64,000 nucleotides of DNA from Pelomyxa schiedti (lineage: Eukaryota; Protista; Evosea), in NCBI GenBank assembly GCA_020536535.1, contig JAHLWZ010000794.1:1-64000 (forward strand), written 5' to 3'. Positions 45,945 to 59,773 of this stretch are shown piece after piece. The translations under genes were made by a program, and so were the position numbers. Numbering within the stretch: the first letter of the stretch is position 1; the number at the start of each line of letters is the position of its first letter. The notes under the pieces were generated by a model, which worked only from the letters and a program-made list of their open reading frames with translations, was not told the DNA's origin and did not search any database.

Positions 45945-45996
45945 TAACAAAACAATTGGTTGGTGTTCAAGTCTTATCGTCAGCGGTGTCGCAGTG

Positions 45997-47662
45997 ATGA
46001 TGACAACAACAGCAACAGGCACTACTACTACCGCCACTGGTGGCAGTGACAACAGCTGTGCAGCTACACCACCACGTGTGCGGCCAAAGTGGGGACCACT
46101 TGACACGTTTTTGGAACAGATGTGGATGGTGGCATCGTTCACTGTGAGGGCGCACCTGCTACCTGACTGGTTTATGTTGTGCTGTAAGCACCTGCGGTGT
46201 GCATTTCATTATTTTATTATTCCTCCATACTGTTTTCACTTGTTTAATACCGAACAGGAGGAGACACATTCTGTTGCAGTACTGCTGGGACCAAACAAAG
46301 TCACAGTATGTGCATGTGACTGATGGTTCAGGATTTGTGGCTTCTGTGAAGCAGATTCCCGGTGCAATTAACGTGAAAAAAGAACAAGAGGAACTGCGGA
46401 TGCTCCACGGCAGAGATGTGTGTTTAATTAATGAAACTGTAGTACCTAATTTTTTCCCTTATTGAAACGTTAAAGGCTCTGAATGGAGCTGTTATGGAAA
46501 TTCTACTTCTCCTTGACAGTTGTAATGTCCAAGGTCCGCATGCTTTGATTATTGCTGGATCGCATGTAACAATGGATGGAACATCTCTTTCCATCATCCT
46601 GAAGGACATGAGTGACATGCTCGCCATGTACTCTGGTGATGTGAGTAGAAACTCTTTATCTATGTTGATCTTTTTTGATTAACACTTGACCAGCCTCCCA
46701 CATTACCACTGAACATTGACGCAGTCTTACCTTGCATAAGACTCCCTGATTTGACAGTACTCAACACTGTAAGTTTGACAAACTTGCAGAAAACTCACTC
46801 CATTTCAGATACCATTCACGAAACCAACTCTTTCCCCAGCAATATTCATGGTGCCGGAGATGGAAGCCAGACTTGAAGCCTCTGTTAAAGTAAATTGCAA
46901 CATTCCACCAGAGCTTGGCCAACAGATTCTTTCACGCTACAAACGAGAGAAGGTACCTGCCCCTTTTGAACTGATTCTGGTGATTATTTACAACCCACAG
47001 ACCTCACTGGCTTCCACAATTTGTGCTGCGTTCTGTCAGGCTCTAATTGCATTGTACCCACCTTCTTCTGCTCTTCCATTGAGAATACGTTGTCCTGTTG
47101 GACTAAGAGGCCAATGGAACATTCCACAGGAATCGGTGAGTCTAATACTTTGTTACCATCAATATTTCTTTTTATGGATTTTGTCATTTTGCTCAATACT
47201 CTTTATTTACTTTGCAACAGCTCGGATCATTGGTATCTGATATGATTTTTGAAATCCCTGTGGCACCACTAAGCACCTCTTCTTTCTGGGACCAGGCAAG
47301 GTCACTGAGGTCTGGTTTTCTCCCTTTGATTCATATTCACCACTTTTTTCAGCCAAACCATCCGCAACAGAATCACCACAAATTCGCACCTCTTTTCAAT
47401 GATGAACCCAATTCCAGTACCATGTACGTTCATTATCAATAGAATGCCGGACCTTGTTACTCCCAGAATTCAAGTGGAATCCCACGACATGAGGGCACTG
47501 ATGCCAGGCTCCGTCAGCCCTCAGATGTTTGTACCGATGGTCATGGTACTGTGCCTTGGGACCAACAGACTTCACATTGACGTGTGTTACAACCAACCCA
47601 AGTGCACCCAATCCCTTGCCGTTGCCCTTGTCTCCACTTTGCAAAAGTGTTGTGCAGAGTAG
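45997..47662 (+). CDS. CoA-dependent acyltransferase / condensation-domain-like protein
   Basis: ALIIAGSHVTMDGTS (HxxxDG), then TSLASTICAAF...CPVGLR and FWDQARSL in the second lobe. Confidence 0.7.
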
Positions 47663-48572
47663 TGTTGTGTTTTTCATCATTACTGTACTAACAACAATCG
47701 AATTATCTTGTTATCTTTGTAACAATGGGATGTGCTGCACTGTCTTTTTTGTTGTTGTGGTTGTGCATTCGTGGTGGGTGCATGTGGTGTTTTGTTGTTT
47801 GTTGGGTGCTGCAACCCAACTTACTTTTTCCTACCTTCATTCTCATTGGCCTTCCTTTTGGAGACTATGAGAGATCTTTTGCCGGTTTTCTAAAAAAAGA
47901 CTGAATCGAGGAAGCAGTACTGTCCGTTTAGGCACTCCAAGGGTAGTTCCCTTCCTTCTCTACGTCGTATCTTTCACACAAAAATCATTGTGGGACCTGT
48001 GGGTTTCTTACGTGGCAGCAGCATTTTCCTAAATATGTAACTTTTCATTTTTTACATTGCCAATAACTTGTGGCTGTGTACTATTGCGGCACCGGATTCA
48101 TATCCGAAGACGACGCATATTCGTACTTCGAATAAATTCGATTTTTTTTGACTATTCGTCGAATGTCGAATGCCTGGTACTATTTGGTATTCGGTTCTTT
48201 TGTTGTTGTACGTGGGAAAGTGTCTGCCCACACTATTGGTGGGGGTAGATACAATTAATAGTTGCCTACATAAAGTGTTTGTACCTTGCGTGCCCCGTTA
48301 ACGTAAGATGTACGTGTCCCTTTTTGCCGGATTTGCGACAGTCTAAGAGGCCACAAAAAAAAAAACCCTTCGCATAACAATCAATAATGAGGACCGGCCA
48401 GTCTAGTCTGAGGTATGCACAAGTTGGAGAACACCTCGAATATCGAACGTCGAATACCGTTTTTTTGGCCGAATATTCGTTTTTCGAATACCATCCTGGC
48501 CTATTCGGTATTCGCGCAGCTTTGCTGGGAAGGGGCTCTGTAGATCCGACTGTTTTTTTCTTTTCAACGCCG

Positions 48573-50048
48573 ATGCAACAAAGTGCAGTGGCACAACAAC
48601 CAGCGCCACCGAGTCCAGAGAGCCAACTCCCGGTGCACCACCAGAGATTACACACGCAGCCGCAACCACAAACGCCAGAGGAGGCTGTGTCCATTTTGTG
48701 GAGGCAAGTGCAAGCGCAGCCGCAGTCACTGCTCGAATGCATCACGCGCTGCGACCAACAGACAGCGAGGCGCGTGTCCGCAGCCGCCAGGAGCCTCCTC
48801 GCCGCTGTGAAAGAATACAAAGACACGCCATTGGGTGACCTCTCATCGAAACTCTACACTGCACGCGATGCAAAGCAAAGCGCGGATACCGGTAGGGACT
48901 ATCGCCAGTGCTACACTACGTTCGAGAAAGCTCGCACGGAGTACGAGGAAGAAGTCAAGAAGTTCAGGCGGAAATTAGAATCAGGGGCTAGAGTGATGGC
49001 ACTGTTCAGAGCTCTGATAGAACAGCACAGGTTCGCTGCAAGCCTGCTGTCACTGCAGCACTGGTGTGCCGCTACTTCAGTGAAAATAAGGATACCGGGT
49101 GATGAGGCACTTATACCAATCGGAGGACCGCCCTGCCGCAGCACCACTGAGACCCACCCAAACAACAAGTGGTTGCAATTGAGACAAAGCGGGTCCTTTT
49201 CTGACATGACAATAACCTCTTCTGATGGTGTTGCGTTTAAATGCCACAGGGGAATCTTTTCCAACAGTAGTGTCCCTCTCCAAAACATGTTGAAAAGCAG
49301 ATTGTCAGAAGGCAGTGGATCTCATTCTGTAAGGCTTCCCCAAGTACTCTCCATCTCTATACCTTCCTACTTTTACAGTTCTTTATTATTCCAAAAGCTC
49401 AAATCAACTGCCGTGGAAAGTTTATTGGATTTTCTTTACACAAGGGCAGCCACTATTAATTATAGCGAAACCCTTGAGCTGTTTAATTTCTGTGTAATGT
49501 ATGAAGTGAATCCTTTGAAGGAAAAGCTTCAGGTGGTTCTTCGAAATTCTGTTTCAACTTCAACATGTTGCACTCTCCTTGAGGTCTATTCACTTTTATA
49601 AAGTTGTAATGATTAACAGTGCAACCTTTGAAGATTGGCTATATTTTCAATGATACTCCACTTCTCCAGCGCAGCTGTGAATTCATAAAAACCCATATAA
49701 CTGCACTGAACTCGGAAGTTGTTTTTGATTCCATCAGACCGGAAGATCTTGCACAAGTATTGTTAACAATCTTCGATTTCAAATTCACCACACAAAAAGC
49801 TTCTACCCACTGCTGCATACCTTACAACAAAAGAAAAGTTTGAGGTATTGGAGAAGTATGTCATAAGAAACTTTCCTGACAGGAAAAATCAACACATAAT
49901 GATGGACAGCCATTTCCGTGCAGCCATAGAGTCTTTTTCTGAAAGCATGACCGCGCCCGAGATTGCCAAAATGAGTGACTCACCAATCTTCTCCTCTACT
50001 TGGAACCCATTCTTCTTAGCAATACTGAAAAAAAAAATGAAAACCTGA
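48573..50048 (+). CDS. BTB/POZ(-BACK-like) protein
   Basis: SFSDMTITSSDGVAFKCHRGIF, LLDFLYT, LKEKLQ...STSTCCTLL. Confidence 0.85.
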
Positions 50049-50067
50049 ACAAATATTCATCTTGTAA

Positions 50068-51594
50068 TCAATGTCTTTTTTGAGGACTTTCACCACAAGC
50101 ACGACGTTTCAGTACAGAAAGAAGGAATTCTACCCATGAGGAGTCAAAAACTGGATCGTCACATACTTCGGCAACATCTTTAGCTTCCATGGCTTCAACC
50201 AAAAACCGTGTGCACTGGGATAATGCGCTGCTGACAAGCATTTGTTGTGACTTGAGATTTGGTTCCTTCAGTTGCAGCCAATATTTAAAGAAAGCCCAGT
50301 TTCGTTTCTCCGATCGATCCCAGTCGCAACTATTGAGGCCTGGAGATTGGAATATCTGTTTTTTCATCATTACTAGTTAATTCAGAAGGGTCTTTGTCCC
50401 GTAGAACCTGTGACACGACTGGGGCATCTAATTCACCAAACCAAGGCTGTGTAACACATCTCGAGATGTTATCTGCCCAAAATGTCAGAATTCTCTCAAA
50501 CAGTTCGCTGTCATTGTATGAGAGTGCTCTCTGCCTATGGTTTAGTCCGCACATAGGGTTTATTTACGGAAATACCTGATAGGTTCGATAACAGTTTTCT
50601 CTGATGGAACGAACAGGAAAAGTCAATGAATAACTTGCAAGGCCATCGAGACCATTGACCTTCGAGAAGTAATGGAGGTCAGCACAGTCCTCCATGTTAA
50701 GGCAAGACACACTTCCCACATAAATGAACTCCAGCAGTGATTGAGTAGCAGTTGCAGAAAGCTAAGTGTAATAATATTCCATGAAAATTAATTCTTAAGC
50801 TTGGATACTTGTACCTGAGGTAAAGTGATAGTGTTCCCACCAGCAGCTTCTAGCAATTTCAGCAACTGGTTACTTTCTGTGGCCCATATGCATTTATGAC
50901 AAGGGAATTGTCTGCCATCGTTTGATACCAGCACCATGTCATTAAACATGTCTATTGGGTGTTCAAAGGGACTCTGAGAGTAGTTTCCCTAGAGGAAATT
51001 CCCAAGCCCCGAGGAAAGACAAATTCAGAGGAAGTTATGCAATAAAAAGCATACATTTCCTGCTACAAATTCGAGGCGCGCATTGCAAAGTAAGGTTCCT
51101 GTAGCAGCGGTATCTGCACAAGTGACAACATCAGCAGCAAATTTCTCTATAGATCTCATCCCTATCTTGCTTGATGAAAGCACCTGGTCGACGACAGTCA
51201 TGTGCTGAAGCAATTGCTGCTTTATCTCCATCCACTTGCTGCAGTATTTCGCGTGACACTCTACCTGATTCCATCCATATTCCGGGAAGATTGGTGTACT
51301 AAAATCGTGCTGGTGCTCCCACTTGTAGACGTCCACCCAACTGCACAAGCAGTCCTGGTAACACGAGTCAACTTTCGTCAGTGAGTTTTTTGGCAGCATC
51401 TCTGGACGGAGTGCCGAGAATTGTTCCTTTGCTGAAACCGCCAACTCGGCGAGTTGCGCCTCCAGCTTGTTTATTTCGGCCTGGTGCTCTTCTGGGGTCA
51501 TTGACAGAGCAATGTTGACATCACCACTACTCGAAAAGGCACAGGAATTGAGTGCCTCCACCAACTCTTTACTTGGTTGCTCCTGTTGTTGCAT
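50068..51594 (-). CDS. BTB/POZ protein, paralog of the neighbour
   Basis: MFNDMVLVSNDGRQFPCHKCI, LLEFIYVG. The C-terminus resembles that of the 48573 gene. Confidence 0.8.
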
Positions 51595-51698
51595 TTCGCA
51601 ACCCAAGGAAGCTGCCACACTTTTTTCCGGTAATGTGAGCTTTTGATGAATACACAAGTTGGTTTTTTTGCTCGCACAACTCGTGGACCCTTTTGTCT

Positions 51699-54600
51699 AT
51701 GGCATCCGGCGCGAGTGCCAACACACTCCCAAATGGATGCCCGCCACCACCAACACCAACGTCAACAGCAACACACCAGGTCAGTTCACCCACAACAACC
51801 GCCACAACCAGCACCAGCACCTTCGCCACCACGAGCACGAGCACGAGCACGAACACAAGCCATACAAACCTCGGCAGCAACGGCGGCGTCGGTACTAGTG
51901 CCACCAGTACCAGCGGCATTGTGGGTGGCGGCTGCAGCGCGCAAGGAGACGGTGGGTTGAGTGGCACACAGTTGCTTGGGCACTACAAGGAGCTTGGGTA
52001 CAAGCTAAAGGACAGCATCAGGGCCAATGGTGATGAGTCACTGGTCAGGACCCTCGTTGACTTGGACAATGCCCTCAAGAGGGCAGCTGCCTCCGCTTTC
52101 CTGGTTTGGCTCCTAGTTATTGGGTTTTTTTTTTTTTTTGTTGTTCTTGTTCTTGTTGTTGTTGTTTGTTTTCTATTTGGGGTGATTGGTGAAGTATTAG
52201 GTTCCAATCTCCAATGGGTTTTTTCTTTTTTTCAGGTGGCAATCATGGGAATGATCAAGGCTGGAAAGTCAACTCTAATTAATTCGATTATTGGAAAGTC
52301 ATTGTTGCCAATGGGAAATGCACCTGTAACAAAACGAGTATTTCAAGTGAGGCACCTACCAATAAACTCTTCCCTGTTAATATCTTCGAATGGCTATGCC
52401 ACTTCAGGTGTCTATTTGTTGTATTGCTGAGAGTTTCTGTTTAATCATAATATAGATCAGGACATTAGCACCCAGCTTCATCACTTAAATGAGGCATCTT
52501 GTGTGGATGTTCCTACTCTTCATACACCATTTTCCTGCCTAAAGCCCCTCTCGGATACTTTGCCATCATCTTTTGTTCTACTCGATATGCCTGGGTGCGA
52601 AGAGTCCCATGCCTCTCCCGAAATGCAGGCTCTGATAAAGAAGTCTATCCAAGATGCTAGTGCAATTATATACTTATTGAATTATACGTTTCTGAACTCC
52701 ACTGGTGAGGGTGATGTTATCAAATCACTGAAATCGGAGCGAGAACTTCTCACTCAATCGCGGGACCGCTTATTTTTTGGTTTGTCTTTCTCAAAATGTG
52801 TGACAGGAAAGAGTTAATTCTTGCAGTTGTAAATAAGATGAAATCTGCTAAGCAGAGAGCTCCTGGTGATATGGATGAGAGGGAAACCCAACGTTATGTT
52901 TCAAGGTTATTGAAAAGAGATGCCTCGTTAGTACATTCCTTATGTTATAGAAAATGTCCTTTCACCTCCATTTCAGGACGTTCCTGAAGAAGCTATTATT
53001 TGCATCAATTCCTTGGAAGCATTGCGAGCACGGATGTTTTTGTCAAACTTTGGAACACTTCAAGATTTCCACAACTTTTTGTATCCTCACTGGGATCCAG
53101 ATGAGGAGCTTTTGCCAGAATCCCGTCTAAGAAGAGATGCAACTAGAATGGTTTGTATATCCTGATGTATAGTGTAACCATTCAACTCTACAAGGAGAAA
53201 AGCAGTAATATACCCCTCCTAGAAGAAAAGATTCTCCTTAGACTGCATTATAATGGTCTCTCAATCACCCTGTCCGCGTTATCTGAGAGGATGTTGAATA
53301 CAGCATTAAGCTTCTCAAACTATTTGACAACATCTCTGGCTAGTCTTAAGGTAGAAGCGGAAACACCAATATCGAAGAGCTAAAGATTTTAAGGCCAGTG
53401 AAGTCGACCTTGCAACAAAGATGAAAACTGTGACAGAAAGTATCACCACAGCCAGAAATCAGTTTAGCACGGTTCTAAACGAACTGTGTGCGCTCCCCGA
53501 GATTGACATCTTTTTGTCATTTGACGACATCATATACAAATTTCATGATGGGATCGATTCTTTAGCAAAAGCAAAGGACTGTATGTGGAAATCAATCGTT
53601 ATGCTTTGTCTAAAGTAGTGTTTATTAATAGATGAGGTTATGGTGGCCAGAGGAGACGAAGCCACCGAAATCGCACGCTCCTTTAACAAGGCAGTGAGAC
53701 AATCAATTTCAGATATGGTGGATGAGTACGAAGACGGTTGCTTGAAGGCTCTAAAAGGATCCATGGAAGAAAAAGAAAGAAGTCTTGTGCCCGCACTTTT
53801 CTCATATTTCTCATTCATTTCGTAGGTATTACGGCCAAACTTTCCCAATTTCTTCAACAACTGAAAGAAATCGTACAAAATAGTGTTGCACCTAACGAAA
53901 TCCTTTTCCCGATTGTTGTGGACAGATTACAACTGCCAGAACTCTACAAGTTCGATGTGGCTCCCGGGGATTGCCTTCAACCAACTACCCCACTTGCACA
54001 ATCAGTGGTGGGAAGAGTAATAAACTATGTCCCAGGCGAAAAACTCAAAACCTGGCTACGAAAATGGACCTTTGAACACTGTGACTCAAAAATAAATCTG
54101 GATGACTCCAAGGTTGAAGGAAACGAGGGCCTTGATTGGGTGCTGAGTACTTAACAAGAACTAAAGTCCTATTTCTTTTGCAGGTATTATGGACTTCAGT
54201 GCTAACAGCTGTGCTGGAACAAGTCAAACGTCGCATGAAGACCAGTGCTGCCGAACAACAGCGAGTAAGGCAAATTGCTGCACAGGATATACTCTCCAAG
54301 TACTGTGATATGTATATCAATGCACAAGAAAAGGCACTCCAATCGCATAAAAGAGGCTCTGAAGATGTTTCAGCTCAAATAATACGAGTTAGTTATTCTT
54401 CACTGAACGCCCCTCTGACTTCAGCTGCAGCTGGAAGCACAACTAGAACAGACCAAATCTATCATCCATCAGCTGAGAATTGGAGCCACTGGAAACCTGT
54501 CTGATATATGTAGAATAGTCCAACAATTTCCCCATTCTAGTTGTCAAATACAAAGAGACTACCAGCTTGAGGTGCACACTAACCTCCTAACATATTCATA

Positions 54601-54921
54601 AACACTAACTGAGCCTCGAACACAGGATTCCTGTGCTGTCTGCCTGGACCGGCAAAGCAACTGCCAATTCATTCCATGTGGACACCAATGCTGCTGCATC
54701 CAAGTAATTTTTCCCCTGACCTCCCTCACAAAACAGAACAACAAAACAATCCAATCCACTCCCAAACAATCAGTCTCCAAGATAACACTAACCTCATTTA
54801 TACACACAAGTGTGCAGCAGGAATCATGGCGATTTCACCCTCATGCCCTCTTTGTCGTGGTTCCATTGCCCACATTCGAGAAATCAACCACGCTTCCTTC
54901 ACTGACACTGAAGATTCATGA
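51699..54921 (+). CDS. Bacterial-dynamin-like (CrfC/YjdA-type) GTPase fused to a C-terminal C3HC4 RING
   Basis: G1 GMIKAGKST, G2 LLPMGNAPVT, G3 DMPG, G4 NKMK, a helical stalk, then CAVC...FIPCGHQCCCIQ|CA...CPLCR. Confidence 0.8.
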
Positions 54922-55257
54922 GAACCAAATCTTTGTTGTTGAAAAAATTTTGTTCGTTTTCGGTGCGCGGTTTTTGAAAAATGAGACGAAGAGGGACTCG
55001 AGGTGCGCCTACAAAGCAAAAAACTGTTGTTTTTCCTTTTGGTGTGTTTGATCAATACTATAGATAACACTGGTAAAGGGTACTGCTTTAACCCTATTGT
55101 GCATGAGAAGTTGTCTGATAGGTTGATTCACAAACAACTCTCGGTATCTGGACTCGAATTTTCAGATGACACTCAAAGTCACCTAAGTAATTCTTTTTCT
55201 AATTTTTTGTCTCCACTTTATATTGTCACCGTTGGGAGTGATAAGAGAATAGGAACT

Positions 55258-56785
55258 ATGTTGGCTGAAGTCCCAAAGGGGAAGCCTATAATATTGGCTA
55301 GAAATATATTGGAATCTCATTTGGAATATTTTGCACCAATTCAGTGCTCTGCGGCTTCTTCTGGATGTGACCCCATTTGTACAACTTCTAGTGCAGCTTC
55401 TCTCTCTTCCTCCACGGGAGTGAACAATCCCTCACACAGGTAACTAAATATTAGCACCATTCCGATCTAAAAATAACTCAATGCAGCTGGGATCCTGACA
55501 TGGACCCTCGCTGCTTTGATGACATCAATACATTGATTGAATATTGTCTCTTAAATTTACAAATGGATCCCCCTTTAGTTAGAGTGGACCAACCTGCTAT
55601 ACTGTACGGAGATGTGCATGGCAATTACCAAGTCACTGGACTGAATGTTCAACCAACAAAGTTCTAAACTCCACCAAGGATTTACTGAACTTCCTGTATA
55701 CCTTTGGGTTACTTCACTTGGAGATTTCCACCTCAAAAGTTGTCTTTCTGGGGGATTATAGTTTGTTCTGTCTCATTTCTATTCCTTTAAATAACTGTTA
55801 ATTCGGTAGTTGATAAAGGGCCACACTCTTTGGAGACAATCACAATGATCATAGCACTTAAAGTGTTGCACCCTTCTCACGTATACCTTTGCAACTAGAG
55901 TCTTTTTACCCATTGGGAAAGGTATTTCTACTGAGAGGGAATCATGAGACAAGGCACTTCGAAAAAAATGGAGGATCAAACTTTCTGAACCAGTGTATAG
56001 CCGCCTACGGCGAAGCTGGTGTGGGACTCCGCTTCTTTTATGCCTCCAACAAACTAATAGTATGAAGATGGAACCACTCTCTACAACAAATTTCACAATC
56101 TATTCAATTTCTTCCCCGTTGCCGCAATTGTGGATGACCAAATATTTTGCGTACATGGGGGACTTCCTCGGACCATGGCGCAACCAGATTTTTATATCAT
56201 TCCCTTCCTAACCAATGTACAAACCATTTATTACTTAAGACAAACACTGCTACAACTATTAAGTAATCAAAGGATCGATAAGTCATATCCCAATTCAGCT
56301 CTCCCACCCCGTTGACCTGTCCAACCCTTCACTCTCTGACCTCCTATGGGCCGATCCAATCCTCACACCTCCTGCAGATGAAACTCTTGTTGGTTTGACC
56401 TCCAACTTATACTCCCACGAAACTGAATCGACATTCACATAACAAGATGGAATCGGTCCCGGCAGAACCAAGGACACCATATCTTTTGGGAAAAGCATTG
56501 TGGATAAATTCATGTCTCAAACCGGTTGCACACACATCGTACGAGCACACGGAACCCCTAATGTATGCCGATTATCCCACAACTTGTTCTACTTCCTTAC
56601 ATTTAATTCAGGCTGTGCCCGCCTTTGTGCCCGACGAGACTGTACACACACTATTTACCTCACAGGGTCCAAAGAACATTCACGCATCTGCAATGATCAT
56701 TCACAACCAGAAACTATCCATTGTGCTTCTTGATGCCAGGAAGACCATCATTTCTTCTCCTTCACTCCACATTTCATCTTCCTAG
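55258..56785 (+). CDS. PPP-family Ser/Thr protein phosphatase (divergent)
   Basis: GDVHG, GDYIDKG, LRGNHE, FCVHGG, DLLWADP, IVRAH. Confidence 0.9.
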
Positions 56786-56885
56786 TTCCCAAAAAAGCAC
56801 ACCCTCGGGTTGTGGAATTTTTGCTGAAATCCTACCAGATAAACAAAAAGGCCTTTTTTTTTTCATTATTGTGAGTTGAAACATC

Positions 56886-59773
56886 TTAGTGCACATCAGA
56901 AGGGCTTGTTTGGGGCCACTTCCTTTTGTGCTGTGTTGTGTCTGTGGATTCTGGTTGCATCATTTCTTGTTGCTGTTGTGCTGGCTCAGTTGATTGTGTT
57001 GGTGGTTGTGGTTGCAGTTGGCATAAACCACCAACTTTGGAACCTGGAGGAACCATGAAGTACATCAGCACTTTGCAGCAGTCTAATAGAACCCCACTGG
57101 TCAGCTGAATGGCACTGTCTCCGGCCTTCACCATGGTGCCATTCACTTTTGTGGAATTCCGGCCTTTGTGCTCCAGCCAGTAGGTTTCTTCTGCTGCTTC
57201 GTTCTCTTTGACCACAGTGATCACGGCGTGCAGGTGCGAAATGGACTTGACTCCGCTCCACTCGAGGTTCAGGTCGGGAACCACTCCTTTCCCTATGCGG
57301 CCGATCTCTATCTTCTGCTTGGTGAAGCCTGCAAGGATTTTACCCTCTGCGTGCTCTTGTTAGGATTATCATTTGGGTGATGGACCCTTACCTGGGGTAA
57401 CAAAATAGGGATAAGGCAGCCGCTCGAGAGGCGGTGGTGCTGGTGGTGGTATTCCTTGTGCCTGGGGCGCTGATACAGGCTCGGTTTCTGAGAAGAAATC
57501 GTTTAGCCCGAAATTGTTTTCGTAGTAAGTACCTATTGGTGTAACCATATTTTTCTTTGTGTCCTTTTTTAATGAATGAGTTGTTTCGTATGATGGATGA
57601 GAAGGTACTGCAGTGCGATTCTTGTTCCTCTTTTTCTTGGGCTCTTCAGTACCTGACATTGGTAAATTTCTTGAGGTAGTTGTGATGTATCTGTACCTTC
57701 GTCTTGGTGGATTACATGTGGTGGTGACCTCTTCCTTTTGGCTTGAAAAAGTGAGTAAGGAAGTTCATTAACATAAGACGAAGGGAATTACAATTGGCCT
57801 CATGGTCGGAGTGCTGCTCGTCCACTTCAGTCGCCGTTAGAGAAAGGAGAGAACATGGAAAATGGCATACCAGTTATGGTATGTGCACTCTCAGTTTTGC
57901 TGGTAGTTGTGGATGTGTGTTTAATGTATGTTGAATGTTTCGTAGATTGCACTTGCAGATGCTGGACTGCCTTCGACGGATGCGCCATTTGAAGTTTTTG
58001 ATTTATCTAGTGGCTTGTTTAGTTGTGGTGTGTGGAGGTAATTGTTTCCACTGGGCAAAAGAGCTTACTTGCATTAGTCTCTGCCATGCCAGAAACCGGA
58101 TAAACTCAGGAGACAACTGATCCAGTGTTAATGGAGTAAAATCTTGTATGCCCGAAGCACATGCAAGAATCGCGGGATTGAGACTCACACAGGAAGGCTG
58201 AATACAGTGAGGAAAAGCAGCAGGGGGCAATAAGAGAGTTACCAATGCCGAAGCAGCTAATCGAAATTGCTGTCGCTGCCTTTCAGCAAATGTATCAGCA
58301 GGGAATGGCAGCATGGGGACATCTTTCTGGAGGATAAAACAATTAGTATTTTATTTGTTTATATGTTTGTCCTTACATCTCTTGAGTGCGAGGGAGACGC
58401 CTCCAGGTTAAGGGCAGGTAACTAATAGTAGGATCTTTGTTAATAAAAAAAAAAGGGGTGGCGGTGCAAGAAATTTTAGCTCGTACCGTTGTCTCAAAGA
58501 AAGAAAGCCACCCTTTTGATTTTGCTTCCATGTCCTAACAAAGTTATTTGTCATATTTGCATAATTTGATGTGGCTTACTTGAAGCTTTTCCTTGTTCTC
58601 CTTCCAGTGTTGAAGACATATCCAAGTAGAATCGGGATGGATTCTTTCTTTGCCAAGAACAATTGGTGCTTCACCACACGCTTTTCCGTTAATAACGGGG
58701 ATGAAGTGAGTCAAGCCCGTGGCAGCACCTGTTTATTTGTTACCAGAGATAGGATTCCAACGAGATAGACCAGCTTCAGCTTTCGGGCAAAATATGCAGC
58801 TGCATTCAGTACTTTCTGAAGTAGGGCTCTGACATTTACTTGGTAACGTGTCACTGAAACTTGAGTTGCACAGACCGTCATTTAATATTGGTTGAGGAGA
58901 TTGTGTTGGTGGTTGCGACTGGCGCGTTGGATGAGGTGGAGATTGAGGAACCTGAGGTGGTGGCATTTGGGTTAGCTGTGCAAGCATTTGTGCTGGTGGT
59001 TGAAGTTGTCCTTGGATAAATGGAAATGCTTGACTCAATATGCTAGGATTTTCCTTGGCTGCTGCGGTTTGTGCCCGATACTCCATTTGGAGTATTCGAG
59101 CCCGCAAAATGTTTTCTGCCTGTGGGTTCGATTGGGGGAATACTTGCTGGCCCAGGATAGAATTATCCACGATTTGTCCTGGTACTTGAGTGGGAGATTG
59201 AGCCGAAGATTTTGTGCCTTGTGCAGTCTTGCACAAAACCGGAGACATGAGAGAAGCTGTAGGTTTCGTCGCGCTATACATAGGTGTAACCAAAATAGGT
59301 GAAGATGACGGCGAAAGAGCAGCAACGGGGGCAGTAGATGGTGGGGTTTGATTAGGCAAAAAGTGAGGAGATACAACAACAACATTATGGTGTGAAGTCT
59401 GAGGCTGAGCGTTGTGCTTGACATTGACCTTGACAGCAGACTTTGAACTTGTGGGAGGGCAATCATTTCCGGAACTAGGAGGGCTCGACGGCGGCCTGGA
59501 ATTGCTGTAGTTGGTCCAATTCAGGCCGGAATTCGAGTTGTTGGCAATATTACTACCACCGCTGACGGCGGAATTCACGGTAGAATTGAGAGTAGAACCA
59601 TTTAGTCCAGCACCAACACACATTGACGAGGGCGAGAAGGAAGCGAGGGATGATGAAGAGGGCTGCTGGAGCACACTCGGGGACGAGGGGTTGATGAGAA
59701 CTGCATTGTGGGAAGACGCCGTGGTGGCCGATGACGTTGGTCGGGGGGTAGGCGAGGACGACGGGGAGGTCAT
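56886..59773 (-). CDS. Ser/Pro/Gln-rich protein with C-terminal FHA domain
   Basis: Last exon has IEIGR...ISHLHAVI...GRNSTKVNG. A long low-complexity first exon is linked by GT-AG introns. Confidence 0.7.
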
